The notes: generated from the sequence alone by a model not told the origin. DNA of 64,000 bases from Syntrophales bacterium (GCA_963662405.2 CAXXKT010000001.1:768001-832000); one strand, 5' to 3'. Shown: positions 31,411 through 42,069, counted from the first letter of the stretch. A program made the numbers and translations.

Positions 31411-32622
31411 CTACATTACCTCTTGTTGGCTCAGGTCTACCGCGCGATCAATCTCCGCCTTGAGAGGACCGGGCAGACCAGGGATATCGATGCTCAGGAA
31501 TCCCCTGACGATCGTTGCCGTCGCCTCTTCTTCCGTCAGGCCCCGTGACATCAGGTAGAGGATTTCTTCCTGGGCAATCTTACCGACCGCCGCCTCGTGT
31601 GACAGCTCAACGCCGTCGGCCATGCCGTTCAGTTCGGGAATCGCGTGCATGATTCCCCCGTTGAGGATCAAACCGTGACACTCAAGGTGACCGCGTACCC
31701 CTTCTACTTCGCCGATGATGTCACCGCGGGAGATAATGTTTCCCCCGTTGGTGATGGCCCGTGAGATGATCTCCGCACGCGTGTCCTTTGCCCTGAGATA
31801 GATACGCCCACCCACATCAAGCTCCGACCCGGGACTCCCCACGAGAAGGCTATAGGACCGGGCCACGGCCCCCTTCCCCACAAGATATACGGTCGGGTAC
31901 GACTGGACTGACTTGACCGGTTTCATCGATATGTAGTTGCTGAGGAAGAGCCCCCCTTTTTCGACGATTCCCACCGATCGAGGTCGTACTACCACGTTCT
32001 CCGCCCAATGATGAATCATGGAAAAGCTCAGCTTGGCGTTCTTCTTTACATAAAACTCCGAAACCCCCACGTGAAGCCCCTGTGTCACATGCGAAGCGCT
32101 GGCACACCCGGAGATGATGTGCAGTTCCGATTCTTCCTCGGCGATGATAATATTGTGCACATTCTGGTTGAACCCCTCCTTTTCGAGGTAGAGGCATGCC
32201 TGTGCGGGGAGGGTGATCTTCTTACCGGGAAGGGCGCGGATCACGTAGCCATTCTGGAGATCAAGGCGAGCGCGCGCCGTGTATTTGTCCGTATCCACCG
32301 ACGCCATCTTCCAATAATAATCCTTGATCCAGTCCAGTTCCGCGAGGGCCTTCTTGATCGGAATAATCTCCAAGCCATCGTGCCGTGAGCCGGAGTGAAT
32401 AGAGATGCCGTCCTTCTGGATATATGTACCGGCACGTTCTTTCTCGTCGATATCCAGACCCGCCAAGGCCATCCGTTCGCCGTCTTCTTGAGAGAGCACC
32501 TTCAGAGTTTTAATATCTGCATGCCGGGGAGACTCGAGAGAATAAGCGTTCAGATCGATATCCGGTCCGATCGCCGCCTCTTTATCCTTTGCCTCCCGGG
32601 CTTTATCGTCTAAGCTGCGCAT
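31411..32622 (-). CDS. SufB/SufD-family Fe-S scaffold protein (SmsB-like)
   Basis: QNVHNIII, GVSEFY, RGHLECHGL, AIPEL, LSHEAAVGKI, YLMSRGL. Confidence 0.9.
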   Translation of the reverse strand: MRSLDDKAREAKDKEAAIGPDIDLNAYSLESPRHADIKTLKVLSQEDGERMALAGLDIDEKERAGTYIQKDGISIHSGSRHDGLEIIPIKKALAELDWIKDYYWKMASVDTDKYTARARLDLQNGYVIRALPGKKITLPAQACLYLEKEGFNQNVHNIIIAEEESELHIISGCASASHVTQGLHVGVSEFYVKKNAKLSFSMIHHWAENVVVRPRSVGIVEKGGLFLSNYISMKPVKSVQSYPTVYLVGKGAVARSYSLLVGSPGSELDVGGRIYLRAKDTRAEIISRAITNGGNIISRGDIIGEVEGVRGHLECHGLILNGGIMHAIPELNGMADGVELSHEAAVGKIAQEEILYLMSRGLTEEEATATIVRGFLSIDIPGLPGPLKAEIDRAVDLSQQEVM

Positions 32623-33446
32623 CGTGCACACTCCTTGTAGCCCACCTTCCTGATCTGTTTGAATATCTCCACGGGGTGGCCCTTCCCCGCCACCACGCCA
32701 TTGTAGAGGACCAATCCCTTGTCGGCAGTCACATAGTCGAGGATGAATCCCGTGTGGGTAATGATCAGGCCCATCTTCGATCTGCTCTCGACCGATTGCT
32801 GTACCGTTTTGAAGGGTGCGGATGCGCTCGCCTGCTCACACGATTGTACCGTTTTGCATGAACCAGCCGCTTCGCAGTGTTTCGTGGTCTTGCACGATCG
32901 GTCTTCGGGGTTCCGCTGAAGGAGGCTGTTGATCGTATTCCCTATCAGGGAGATATTCTCAAGGTCGACACCTGATTCCGGTTCATCAAAGAGCGCCAAA
33001 TCGGCATTCTGGGCCATCAGCTGCAAGAGTTCCGAGCGTTTGATCTCTCCCCCCGAGAACCCCACATTAATATCACGATCAAGGAAATCCGTGAAATTGA
33101 GGCTCGCGGCGAGTGCGTCAACATCGGCGTGATCACGCGAACAGGCCTCAACCATCTTCCGCGTCGTCAGGCCTTGAATACTGGGCGGCCGCTGGTAGGA
33201 CATCCCGATGCCGAGCCGGGCGCGATCATCGACCGTCATGTAGGTAATGTCTTCTCCCTTGAAGGTGATCTTCCCACCGGTGACCTTGTACTGCGGGTAC
33301 CCCATTATCGTCATCAGGAGAGAGGTTTTCCCCGATCCGTTGGGTCCGAACAGGATATGGGTCTCTCCGGGGTAAATCTCCAGATCTACGTTCTTGAGGA
33401 TCTTCTTGTTCCCCAGCTTGACCTGCAGGTCTTCTATCACGAGCAT
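32610..33446 (-). CDS. sufC: SufC-type ABC ATPase (SmsC-like)
   Basis: GPNGSGKT, INVGFSGGEIKR, DEPESGVD, IITH; C-terminal GYKECARC; overlaps the sufB-like start. Confidence 0.88.
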   Translation of the reverse strand: MLVIEDLQVKLGNKKILKNVDLEIYPGETHILFGPNGSGKTSLLMTIMGYPQYKVTGGKITFKGEDITYMTVDDRARLGIGMSYQRPPSIQGLTTRKMVEACSRDHADVDALAASLNFTDFLDRDINVGFSGGEIKRSELLQLMAQNADLALFDEPESGVDLENISLIGNTINSLLQRNPEDRSCKTTKHCEAAGSCKTVQSCEQASASAPFKTVQQSVESRSKMGLIITHTGFILDYVTADKGLVLYNGVVAGKGHPVEIFKQIRKVGYKECARCAA

Positions 33447-33662
33447 ATCATCCTCTCCTTCACATCAATCCAATTATGGTGCTTCTATTCAATCTCTCTT
33501 CTAAAAAGTCAACACATTTTTTTTAATCGAACAACGCGAAACATGATAGTCGATTCTAAAAGACCATTTATCATTATGATATTAGTGAATGATTGTTACC
33601 TTTTGTGCTATATGGATTGTACGATTCTGGTCAAACCTCAATAAAAAACGTGCACGTTTTTC

Positions 33663-34145
33663 ATGATACCAAAGCCATCGAGATCGGCAACAGGATCTCG
33701 TTCGTTTGAAACTTCATCAGATAGTCGATCTTCGTGATCTGTTGGTCAGGTTGTCCCATGCGGTAAGGCGGGATCGTCTCGACGAGTTTTTGGCACGACC
33801 TTCTGCCCGGATCAGGGACGTCCGGCGATCAGCACCCGGATGATGACCTCCCGCTACTCCCTGCAGTGCACCCAAAACCTTTAAAAGAGACCATGGAAGC
33901 GGGCTTGAAACTCACGGCAATCAAGAAGTCCCCACTCAAACGGGTCAATGTTGATACCACGGTGCAGGAGATCGAAGCAGGGGGCAAGTCGGCAGAGCCG
34001 CTCTGCCCATGCCCATCAGATGAAAAGGGCGAAGGGGATCATAATTCAGGAGCGAAGCGATAAGAACAAGCTCTACAGTGTTCACGCGCCCATGGCGGCG
34101 ACCAAGCGCGGTGGCTGGTTCGCGGGTGCCAGGGCACTCCAGGGA
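33663..34145 (+). mobile_element. IS5-family transposase remnant (internally deleted, frameshifted)
   Basis: Ordered fragments: DL.RLKLHQIVDLR.LLVRL, QGRPAISTRMM, KRVNVDTTVQE, DKNKLYSVHAP, GGWFAGARALQG. Confidence 0.8.
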
Positions 34146-34510
34146 TTCCGCGATGTTGAGCGGGTGCGATACCGCACCGACGGCAGTTTCCCGAATGTGT
34201 CCATATTCGGGGACTTGATCTCATGCCCAGGTCGGATATCTGTTGTTAAAAGAGGCCGATTTCCCCTGGCCTATCGCCGATATCGTCGAGGCGATGGCGT
34301 CACACCGCCCCTCCCGGCCTTCACTGGGGATCAAAGGCGGGTCCGGGAAGATTGATGATGAGTTGGGAGTGCAGGCATGTCATGCTCTCTTTCGAGAAGA
34401 ACAATTCGATTTCAACGCCGCGGGCGTTGCGGCGAAGGCATAAAGAGCGCGGGGTGTATCAGCCCCTTTGTTTGACCTCTCCGGAGGAACCGCCCTGCTA
34501 TCAAGCCGGT
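34145..34510 (-). pseudogene. Possible RsmD-like methyltransferase remnant
   Basis: Fragments in different frames in RsmD order: LIAGRF.RR, LRRNA, IFPDPP, HE...DTFGKL. Confidence 0.25.
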
Positions 34511-34579
34511 CCAGTAGACTCCGTCAGCGGTGATAGGGACAGGTTCCGTTCGGGGAAGAATCTACGGGCAACATTGATC

Positions 34580-34613
34580 GGGACTCCGTGCCACCGGTGT
34601 TGCACGGAGTCTC
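34580..34613. other. Strong inverted repeat downstream of rimO
   Basis: GACTCCGTGC-N10-GCACGGAGTC, no T-run. Confidence 0.6.
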
Positions 34614-34700
34614 TCGCGAATACCGGGGCGGGTGCACGCGACGGGCATCAGCAAGGTCACGCTCTATGGGTATCCCGGAGGTTTCCGCGGCTCCGTTTTT

Positions 34701-36050
34701 TCACGAGTGGGGGTTGTCTGCCTCGGCAAAGAGATCATACTCGTCTGCACCAGTGATGGTACAGGTCATGGCATCTCCGATCGATCCTTCTCGTGTCTTC
34801 AGGTACGTGATCCCGTCGATGTCCGGGGCCTGTCGCTCAACACGTCCGATGTAGTCATACCCTTCGATATCCGAAGGCTCTTCCAGGATGATCCGGGTGG
34901 TCAAGCCGATCAATGATTGATTGATCTGACGGGAAATTTCCGCTTGTTCCTCCATGATGGTCTCTCTCCGAAGTCGTTTGATCTCATCAGGGAGGTGATG
35001 GGGGAGGGTCGCTGCTCGGGTTCCCTCTTCCTTTGAGTATTCAAAAACCCCGACGTGATCGAGGCGTGTCTCTTGCACAAAGGCGAGGAGCCGTTCAAAG
35101 GCCTCCTCAGTTTCGCCGGGAGATCCCACGATCAGCGATGTCCTCAAGGCGACGCCGGGAATGATCTTCCGGGCGTGTGCTATCATCTTCCGTATGAGGG
35201 CGCTGCCGCCCCTCCGGTTCATTGACCGGAGGATCCCATCGTCAATGTGCTGGACGGGGAGGTCGATATAACGGCACACCTTGTCGAGGTCCTCAATCGT
35301 CTGGAAGAGTTCGTCGTCAAGACTTGCCGGATGGGTGTAGAGGAGCCTGATCCACTCGATCTCTTCAATCGATGCCATCTCCCGCAGGAGGACTGATAGG
35401 CGAGGTTTTGTACCGAGGTCGTACCCGTACCGGGTGGTTTCTTGAGCGGTCAGGATGATCTCTTTTACACCCCCTTTGGCCAGTCTCTTCGCTTCCCTGA
35501 GGACATCGTCTATTTCCCGGCTTTGAAAAGGCCCCCGGACCGAGGGGATGATACAATAGGAACAGTTATTATCACACCCCTCCGCTATCTTGAGGTAGGC
35601 GCTGTGGCTGGGGGTGGCCAGGATGCGCGGATGGGAGGCGTTCATCAGAAAATCGGGAGGACCTATATAAGAACGACGCATCGGTTCCGTGTCGCCTCGG
35701 AGGGCGGCGATGCGGGCGGCGATGCGGGGGACTTCTCCCGTTCCCAGAAAGAGATCGACCTCGGGGATCTCCTCCTCGAGGAGGGTTCCGTATCGCTGGG
35801 GGAGGCATCCCGTGACCACCAGATATCGGCACGCCCCCTCCCGCTTCATTTCCGCCATTCGAAAGATCTCTTCAATCGATTCTTCCCGTGCCGGAAGAAT
35901 GAAGGCACAGGTGTTGATCACTATGATCTGTGCGTTTTCGGGGGAAAGGACCAGATCAAAGCCGCTTTCGGCAAGAGTGGCGGCCATCACTTCCGAATCG
36001 ATCAGGTTCTTCGGGCATCCCAGGCTGATGATATGGACTGTATCCTTCAT
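34701..36050 (-). CDS. rimO: Ribosomal protein S12 methylthiotransferase
   Basis: SLGCPKN.IDSE, NTCAFI, GCLPQRY, KIAEGCDNNCSYC, APDIDG TRAM domain. Confidence 0.95.
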   Translation of the reverse strand: MKDTVHIISLGCPKNLIDSEVMAATLAESGFDLVLSPENAQIIVINTCAFILPAREESIEEIFRMAEMKREGACRYLVVTGCLPQRYGTLLEEEIPEVDLFLGTGEVPRIAARIAALRGDTEPMRRSYIGPPDFLMNASHPRILATPSHSAYLKIAEGCDNNCSYCIIPSVRGPFQSREIDDVLREAKRLAKGGVKEIILTAQETTRYGYDLGTKPRLSVLLREMASIEEIEWIRLLYTHPASLDDELFQTIEDLDKVCRYIDLPVQHIDDGILRSMNRRGGSALIRKMIAHARKIIPGVALRTSLIVGSPGETEEAFERLLAFVQETRLDHVGVFEYSKEEGTRAATLPHHLPDEIKRLRRETIMEEQAEISRQINQSLIGLTTRIILEEPSDIEGYDYIGRVERQAPDIDGITYLKTREGSIGDAMTCTITGADEYDLFAEADNPHS

Positions 36051-36051
36051 A

Positions 36052-38274
36052 TTATCGGGGGAGTTTTCCGGCCAGGATCTTTCGTGGTTTGGCGCCGTCG
36101 GATGGACCCACGACACCTTCGGCCTCCATCCGTTCCACAATGCGGGCGGCCCGGTTGTAGCCGATTTTCAGGTACCGCTGAACGAGGGATATCGAGGCAT
36201 GCCCCAGGTCGGTCACCAGTTCAACCGCCTCGTCGTACTTCTCATCGAACTCGTCATTTCCCCCGTCTTCCTTTGCATCCGGGTTGTAGGCGGATATCGA
36301 TTCGTCGTACTGGGGGAGGCGCTGCCCCTTCAGGAAACTGACAAGCTTCGAGATTTCGCTGTCGGAAACGAAGGCACCGTGGATGCGCACCAGTTTTGAG
36401 GTCCCCGGCGGGACAAACAGCATGTCCCCCGCCCCGAGCAGTTTTTCTGCCCCCAATTCGTCGAGTATCGTCCGTGAGTCCACCCGTGACGACACCTGAA
36501 ACGATATCCGGGTGGGGAAGTTGGCCTTGATGATCCCGGTGATGACGTCGACCGATGGCCGCTGGGTTGCCAGGATGAGGTGTATCCCAGCGGCCCTGGC
36601 CATCTGTGCCAGGCGTGCAAGGGATGACTCCACGTTTCTCTGTGCCACCATCATCAGATCGGCCAGTTCGTCGATGATCACGATGATGTAGGGAAGTCTT
36701 TCCGGGGCCGTCTCCCCCCCTTCTCCGGAACGGGGGGCTGCAGGGTTGTCCGACAGTTTTTTTCCGAGGGCATCGGCTTGCTTCTCCAACAGGCGATTAT
36801 ATCGCTCGATGCTCTTGACGCCCGCTGCGGCAATGATGGCGTAGCGCCGTTCCATTTCAACGACGGCCCACTTGAGTGCCTGAGATGCCTCCTTGGGATC
36901 AACTACCACAGGGTGGAGGAGATGGGGAACGCCTTCATAGCCGGAGAGCTCGAGTCTTTTCGGGTCAATCATGATAAACTTGACATCATCCGGTGTGGCC
37001 TTGAACATGATGCTGCATATCATGGCGTTGAGAGAGACACTCTTGCCAGATCCGGTGGTCCCCGCGATCAGGAGATGAGGCATCGCGGCAAGATCCGCAA
37101 TCATTGTTTGTCCCGTAATATTTTTCCCCAGCGCGATCGGCAATCGGTATTTTGACTCCAGAAACTCCTCGCTGTCGAGGACATCTCGCAAGTAGACGGA
37201 ATCTCTCCCCTGATTGGGAATTTCAATGCCGATAGCCGCCTTTCCGGGAATGGGCGCCACGATCCTGATGCTCTGAGCCTTCAGCGCGAGGGCGAGGTCG
37301 TCGGAGAGATTCGTGATTTTGTTGATTTTGACCCCTGCCGCCGGTTCCAACTCGTACATGGTAACCACGGGCCCCGGTTTGACTTCCGTCACCGTCCCCT
37401 CGACACCGAAATCGGCCAGTTTCTTTTCGAGAATACGCGAATTCATGAGGAGACTCTCACGCTTCATCCGCGTGTTCCTGACTTCAACCTTGTTGAGAAG
37501 ATCGACGGGAGGAAGTCTGAAGGCCCCTTCCGGTTCCAAAAACCCGAAAGAGACCTGCTCGTCCTTTCGGGGCTCTTCCTTCTGCATGACCACGGCAGGG
37601 ATGATCGGCTCTTGTTTCGTGATCCGGGGTTTTCGCCTGGTGGCGATCTTCTTTCTCTTCACCCGCCCCATCCCGACTACCACAAAGGTGTTCAGCCGAA
37701 GGAAGGTACCGGCCAAGCCGATGACGGTCCTCCTGACCACCGTTACGATCGAGGTGTCAAGCGTCACCATTACCGAGATGACGAGGATGACAACCAGAAC
37801 GATATCGGTCCCTATCTGGTTCAGACCGGAATAGAGTAGCGTAAGCGTCCATGTGCCGAGGAGTCCCCCCGGGCTCAGATCAACACCGGAAACGGTTATT
37901 GGTCCGTGCCGCTCCGCCAGGAAAGCGGATGCGACGAAGACGAGACCGATGCTCCCCATAAGGGAGGAAAGGATCGATATACCGAACCTGCCGCCGATGA
38001 AGAGCCTGCAAGAGAAAAGGGCGAGAAACACCGGGAAGAGATACGATGTCATCCCGAAGATTCGCAAAAGGGCATCAGAGAGATACGAACCGACCAGACC
38101 GCCGTAATTGACGATCCGAACCTTCCCCGCTACAAAGTGCGTCAGTGAGGGATCATGAGGACTGTAGGAAAAGAGACACAAGAAGATAAAGACCGCAAAG
38201 GCGATGGATATGACCCCCCCTATCTCCTTCATGCGTACCGCTTCTCGGCCGGATCGTTGTTTCTTCACGTCCAC
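36052..38274 (-). CDS. ftsK: DNA translocase FtsK
   Basis: N-terminal TM domain, PHLLIAGTTGSGKS, IDELADLM, ATQRPS, IGYNRAAR gamma domain. Confidence 0.97.
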   Translation of the reverse strand: MDVKKQRSGREAVRMKEIGGVISIAFAVFIFLCLFSYSPHDPSLTHFVAGKVRIVNYGGLVGSYLSDALLRIFGMTSYLFPVFLALFSCRLFIGGRFGISILSSLMGSIGLVFVASAFLAERHGPITVSGVDLSPGGLLGTWTLTLLYSGLNQIGTDIVLVVILVISVMVTLDTSIVTVVRRTVIGLAGTFLRLNTFVVVGMGRVKRKKIATRRKPRITKQEPIIPAVVMQKEEPRKDEQVSFGFLEPEGAFRLPPVDLLNKVEVRNTRMKRESLLMNSRILEKKLADFGVEGTVTEVKPGPVVTMYELEPAAGVKINKITNLSDDLALALKAQSIRIVAPIPGKAAIGIEIPNQGRDSVYLRDVLDSEEFLESKYRLPIALGKNITGQTMIADLAAMPHLLIAGTTGSGKSVSLNAMICSIMFKATPDDVKFIMIDPKRLELSGYEGVPHLLHPVVVDPKEASQALKWAVVEMERRYAIIAAAGVKSIERYNRLLEKQADALGKKLSDNPAAPRSGEGGETAPERLPYIIVIIDELADLMMVAQRNVESSLARLAQMARAAGIHLILATQRPSVDVITGIIKANFPTRISFQVSSRVDSRTILDELGAEKLLGAGDMLFVPPGTSKLVRIHGAFVSDSEISKLVSFLKGQRLPQYDESISAYNPDAKEDGGNDEFDEKYDEAVELVTDLGHASISLVQRYLKIGYNRAARIVERMEAEGVVGPSDGAKPRKILAGKLPR

Positions 38275-38280
38275 ATCCCC

Positions 38281-39111
38281 CTACCAAGAAAGGTTAGATG
38301 ATATCGCTTGAATAATCAATGTACAAATTCCAAGCGTCCAGCAATAGTAAGCAAATATGCTCAGTTTCCGTTTCCTTATGATGAAGAGCAATAGACCGAG
38401 GGTCAAAAAGCCCGTCACGGCGGCAGCAACCATCCCGGCGAGGTATGTACCGATGTCACAGGGAGCAATCCCTTCCAGATATCTCATTTCAAAAAGCAAC
38501 GCCCCTAAGACGGCGGGGACGGAGATAAGAAAGGAGAATCGGGCTGCCGCGGCTCCGTCCAGCCCCCTGAAGATGCCGAATGCTATCGTGGCTCCGGAGC
38601 GTGATATTCCCGGAATCAGGGCCATTCCCTGCACAATTCCGATGACGAGACTGTCGGTGATGTTCATATCCGGTTTCCTCCTCCCGGAAAACCGATCGGA
38701 TAGAAACAACAGGATCCCGGTAATGAGAAGCGTGAATGAAACCATTTGTGGCGACGTAAAAAGATGGTGAATCTTTTGATCGAACAGGAGACCGATAACC
38801 CCGGTACATGCCGTGGCGACAACGACATACAACCCCGTCTTTCGAGCGGCTCGCGCATGAGCGTCATTGCGGTTCCGCGGAGACCACCGTGAAGGGAGCA
38901 GAGAGGTCATGATCTCCAGGATTTCTCTCCGGAGAAAGAAAAGGACCGCCAGGAGGGTCCCCACGTGGAGCATGACATCGAACAGGACTCCCGGCTGATG
39001 GAACCCCGGCAGGTATTGCTGTATGATAACGAGGTGACCGGAACTGCTCACGGGGAGAAATTCCGTCAGTCCTTGGACGATACCAAGGAGGATGCCTTCC
39101 CATACATTCAC
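38281..39111 (-). CDS. uppP: Undecaprenyl-diphosphate phosphatase
   Basis: QGLTEFLPVSSSGH, PGISRSG, ARFSFL. Confidence 0.96.
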   Translation of the reverse strand: MNVWEGILLGIVQGLTEFLPVSSSGHLVIIQQYLPGFHQPGVLFDVMLHVGTLLAVLFFLRREILEIMTSLLPSRWSPRNRNDAHARAARKTGLYVVVATACTGVIGLLFDQKIHHLFTSPQMVSFTLLITGILLFLSDRFSGRRKPDMNITDSLVIGIVQGMALIPGISRSGATIAFGIFRGLDGAAAARFSFLISVPAVLGALLFEMRYLEGIAPCDIGTYLAGMVAAAVTGFLTLGLLLFIIRKRKLSIFAYYCWTLGICTLIIQAISSNLSW

Positions 39112-39326
39112 AGACAGCCCCTTTCCCTTCTCAAACGTGATACGGATAATCGCGGCACGATGGCATTCGGATACGATACATATGACGGATACGCGCGTTT
39201 TTTGTACTGAATACTATCGCTGAAGTCAATGGAAAACATTGAATCTTTGCCCCGGCGATATAATTCATTTGACAGTGCCGCACATTATGCATTAGGGTAC
39301 TGTCATACATCGATAGGGGGAAGAGA

Positions 39327-39734
39327 ATGGTTAATAAGGTAATACTGATCGGGCGATTGGGCGCGGATCCTGAGGTTCGGTACACGCAGGATGGGACCAT
39401 GGTCACCAACTTCAACCTGGCAACCGATGAGCAATGGAAAGATAAAAACGGTGAGCGCACGCAGAAGACGGAGTGGCACCGTGTCGTTACGTTCAGAAAA
39501 CTGGCCGAGATATGCGGCAACTATCTGGCCAAAGGGAGACTGGTCTACATAGAGGGTCGTCTGCAGACGAGGGCTTGGGATGACAAAGACGGGAATAAAC
39601 GGTACACCACGGAGATCGTCGCCTCTAACATGCAAATGCTGGAACGCAAGGAACAAGGTCCCCCTCAATCGGGAGGATTCGGCGGGGGTATGCCTCCTAG
39701 CGCGGGCATACCTGATGACGACGTTCCCTTTTAG
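39327..39734 (+). CDS. ssb: Single-stranded DNA-binding protein
   Basis: [19 protein letters not shown]-terminal DDDVPF. Confidence 0.97.
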   Translation: MVNKVILIGRLGADPEVRYTQDGTMVTNFNLATDEQWKDKNGERTQKTEWHRVVTFRKLAEICGNYLAKGRLVYIEGRLQTRAWDDKDGNKRYTTEIVASNMQMLERKEQGPPQSGGFGGGMPPSAGIPDDDVPF

Positions 39735-39786
39735 CACGGATGCTGTCCTCGTCATGCCGCAGACGGAGACATGCCGGATCGGCGCG

Positions 39787-39820
39787 ACGCCCCTCAGCCT
39801 GTCTGTGGGGCGTTTATTTT
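39787..39820 (+). terminator. Probable terminator between convergent ssb and tatA
   Basis: ACGCCCC...GGGGCGT + TTATTTT. Confidence 0.5.
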
Positions 39821-40005
39821 TCCTCTTTATTGATCTTCTTGGGATCCTCGGCGCCATTCACCTCATCGGGTTCTTGAAAAGATTTCTTGAAGTTTCTGAT
39901 CCCTTTACCGATAGCTCCCCCTATCTCGGGAAGTTTCCCGGCACCAAAGATGATCAGGATAATGACCAGTATGATCACCAGCTCGGGCATACCTATTCCA
40001 AACAT
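39814..40005 (-). CDS. tatA: Twin-arginine translocase TatA/E
   Basis: FGIGMPEL...[11 protein letters not shown]...GIRNFK. Confidence 0.95.
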   Translation of the reverse strand: MFGIGMPELVIILVIILIIFGAGKLPEIGGAIGKGIRNFKKSFQEPDEVNGAEDPKKINKEEK

Positions 40006-40059
40006 ATTCGATTCACCTCTCAGGTTCTCTTGATCAGGTATAGTGCAATTCTCTCCGTG

Positions 40060-41076
40060 TTACCCTCGTGGAGGCAGCGTCAGATGGATGACCTCCCCGT
40101 GCCCTCCCAGGGGACCCAGCGTCTTTCCCTGAAACCGGATATCCACCCCCCCGGCATTACCGATAAGGAGGCCCAATCGTTCTGAGGCCCTCTCCGTGAT
40201 CCGATCTCCCGGTCTGAGCATAATCTCGAAGGGAGGCTCTCCGTCTCGGTCGATCTGAATCCAGGTCAGTTCGGACGCCTCAATGACGAGGGTATACGAT
40301 CCTTCCGCGGCAACAATGGCATCAGGCACAACCGATTCTTCCGGCTTTTGATCTTCAGACATACCATGCTCGCTCACGGGTAACGACGGTGCGAGTTGTG
40401 CCGTCGACTCCACTCCTTCCGCGGCCATTCGATCCACCCTCTCGGGGAGATCCTCAGTCGAGATGTCCACGGGCGGTTTCTCCTCCATCTCCGGCGATGC
40501 ACTCTGTTCTCCGGCGATAGTAGGGTGGTATGTTTCCGGTGCGGGGTCCTCTTCGGAGGCACCCTGAGTCTCGCTGATGGAGTTCTCTTGTGCCGCAGGG
40601 GAGCTATTCTCTGTGGTGATGGTGATCTGTTGATCACCTCCCCCCCACTGGTACAGTGAAAAGAAACCTGCCAGGATAAACATTATGGACATCGCCATCA
40701 CCCATATCCACACTTCCCGATGACGTTTTTTTACGATCAACCCGTTCAGAAACCCGTGAGAATCGTGCACGGGTTCGAGATTGCGGCGGTACTGCTCATA
40801 GAGCAAACGAATCTGTTCACCGTCGACATCAAGGGCCCGTGCATACATGTCGATAAAGGCCCGTGCATATATCGGTTCCGGAAGTAGTTCAAAGCGCTGC
40901 TCCTCAATGGCCTTGAGATTCTGAGGACTGATCCGCGTTGAAGAAGCAAGGTCTACCAGAGTGAGGCCCCTGGCCAGTCTGATAGCCCTCAGGTCAAGGG
41001 CGACCTCCTCACACGACTGCTCAGAATCCATCGGCGCGTCATCCCCTACGATGTCTTGTCCTTTTCCACCAATCAC
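40060..41076 (-). CDS. RodZ-like protein (HTH, TM, acidic linker, DUF4115)
   Basis: LRAIR..RGLTL..LA..TRI....LKAIE, YARAF, one TM, C-terminal IGNAGGV; start may be 41031. Confidence 0.85.
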   Translation of the reverse strand: MIGGKGQDIVGDDAPMDSEQSCEEVALDLRAIRLARGLTLVDLASSTRISPQNLKAIEEQRFELLPEPIYARAFIDMYARALDVDGEQIRLLYEQYRRNLEPVHDSHGFLNGLIVKKRHREVWIWVMAMSIMFILAGFFSLYQWGGGDQQITITTENSSPAAQENSISETQGASEEDPAPETYHPTIAGEQSASPEMEEKPPVDISTEDLPERVDRMAAEGVESTAQLAPSLPVSEHGMSEDQKPEESVVPDAIVAAEGSYTLVIEASELTWIQIDRDGEPPFEIMLRPGDRITERASERLGLLIGNAGGVDIRFQGKTLGPLGGHGEVIHLTLPPRG

Positions 41077-41209
41077 GACTAAAAATCCTCAATACTTACT
41101 AACCGTTGAAATATCTATCACTAATCAACCGGTGAAGCAACAGAAATTCTTTCAACAATCTCATGAAATCGTGTTACAACAACTTCGTAGAAATACAAGG
41201 GAGGAAGGA

Positions 41210-42007
41210 ATGCCGGAACACGGAGAATTCGCTATATCGATCGCCAGGAGAGCGGGTTCGCTTCTGAAAGATCGTTTCACGAAGAAACACCGAGTCGATT
41301 ATAAGGGGGAGATCGACATCGTAACGGAGGCCGACAGAATGTCGGAGCAGTTATTGATAACTGAGATAGGCACACAGTTTCCCGAACACGGGATCTTGTC
41401 CGAAGAGACGGCTGAGATTGAACGTCCGTCCCGGTATCGGTGGGTCATCGACCCTCTTGACGGAACGACCAATTATGCCCATGGTTTCCCCGTATTCTGC
41501 GTATCCATCGCCCTGGAGAAAGACGGGCACATCATCACCGGCGTCATCTATAACCCCGTCTCGGAAGAGCTGTTCGTTGCCGGCAAGGGTCAGGGGGCGT
41601 TCCTCAATGGCTCCCCTCTCTCGGTTTCCGGGATCGGAGAGGTCGCGAAGAGTCTCTTAGCCACCGGTTTCCCATACGACATACGAAAAGATCCAAACAA
41701 TAACATCGGGTATTTTTCTGAAATGGCCCTGAAGGCCCAATCTATTCGCCGTGCCGGCTCCGCGGCGCTCGATCTCGCATACACCGCTGCGGGGCGTTTC
41801 GACGGTTTCTGGGAACTGAAGCTGCACCCGTGGGATACGGCGGCCGGGTGGCTCCTGGTCAGTGAGGCGGGGGGCGTTGTGACTGATATCACCGGCGACG
41901 GATACCGCCTCGATGCCCCTACCATACTCGCATCGAACGGGAAGATACATGATCGCCTGATCAGGATACTGAACGGCGCCAAGCCGTTAGACCAAAGATT
42001 GATGTGA
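41210..42007 (+). CDS. suhB: Inositol monophosphatase family protein
   Basis: VTEAD, WVIDPLDGTTN, RRAGSAALD, WDTAAG; RBS GGAGG. Confidence 0.92.
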   Translation: MPEHGEFAISIARRAGSLLKDRFTKKHRVDYKGEIDIVTEADRMSEQLLITEIGTQFPEHGILSEETAEIERPSRYRWVIDPLDGTTNYAHGFPVFCVSIALEKDGHIITGVIYNPVSEELFVAGKGQGAFLNGSPLSVSGIGEVAKSLLATGFPYDIRKDPNNNIGYFSEMALKAQSIRRAGSAALDLAYTAAGRFDGFWELKLHPWDTAAGWLLVSEAGGVVTDITGDGYRLDAPTILASNGKIHDRLIRILNGAKPLDQRLM

Positions 42008-42069
42008 ACGCCCGGAACAGAGAATGTGCGGAAAAGGATTGAAACCCGGAGAGCTCTCTGAGGGTATCG

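Noticed and set aside
34440..34700. Possible riboswitch downstream of rimO
   Set aside because: Only one strong hairpin; no SAM, cobalamin, TPP, glycine or c-di-GMP consensus recognised, and no intact downstream gene
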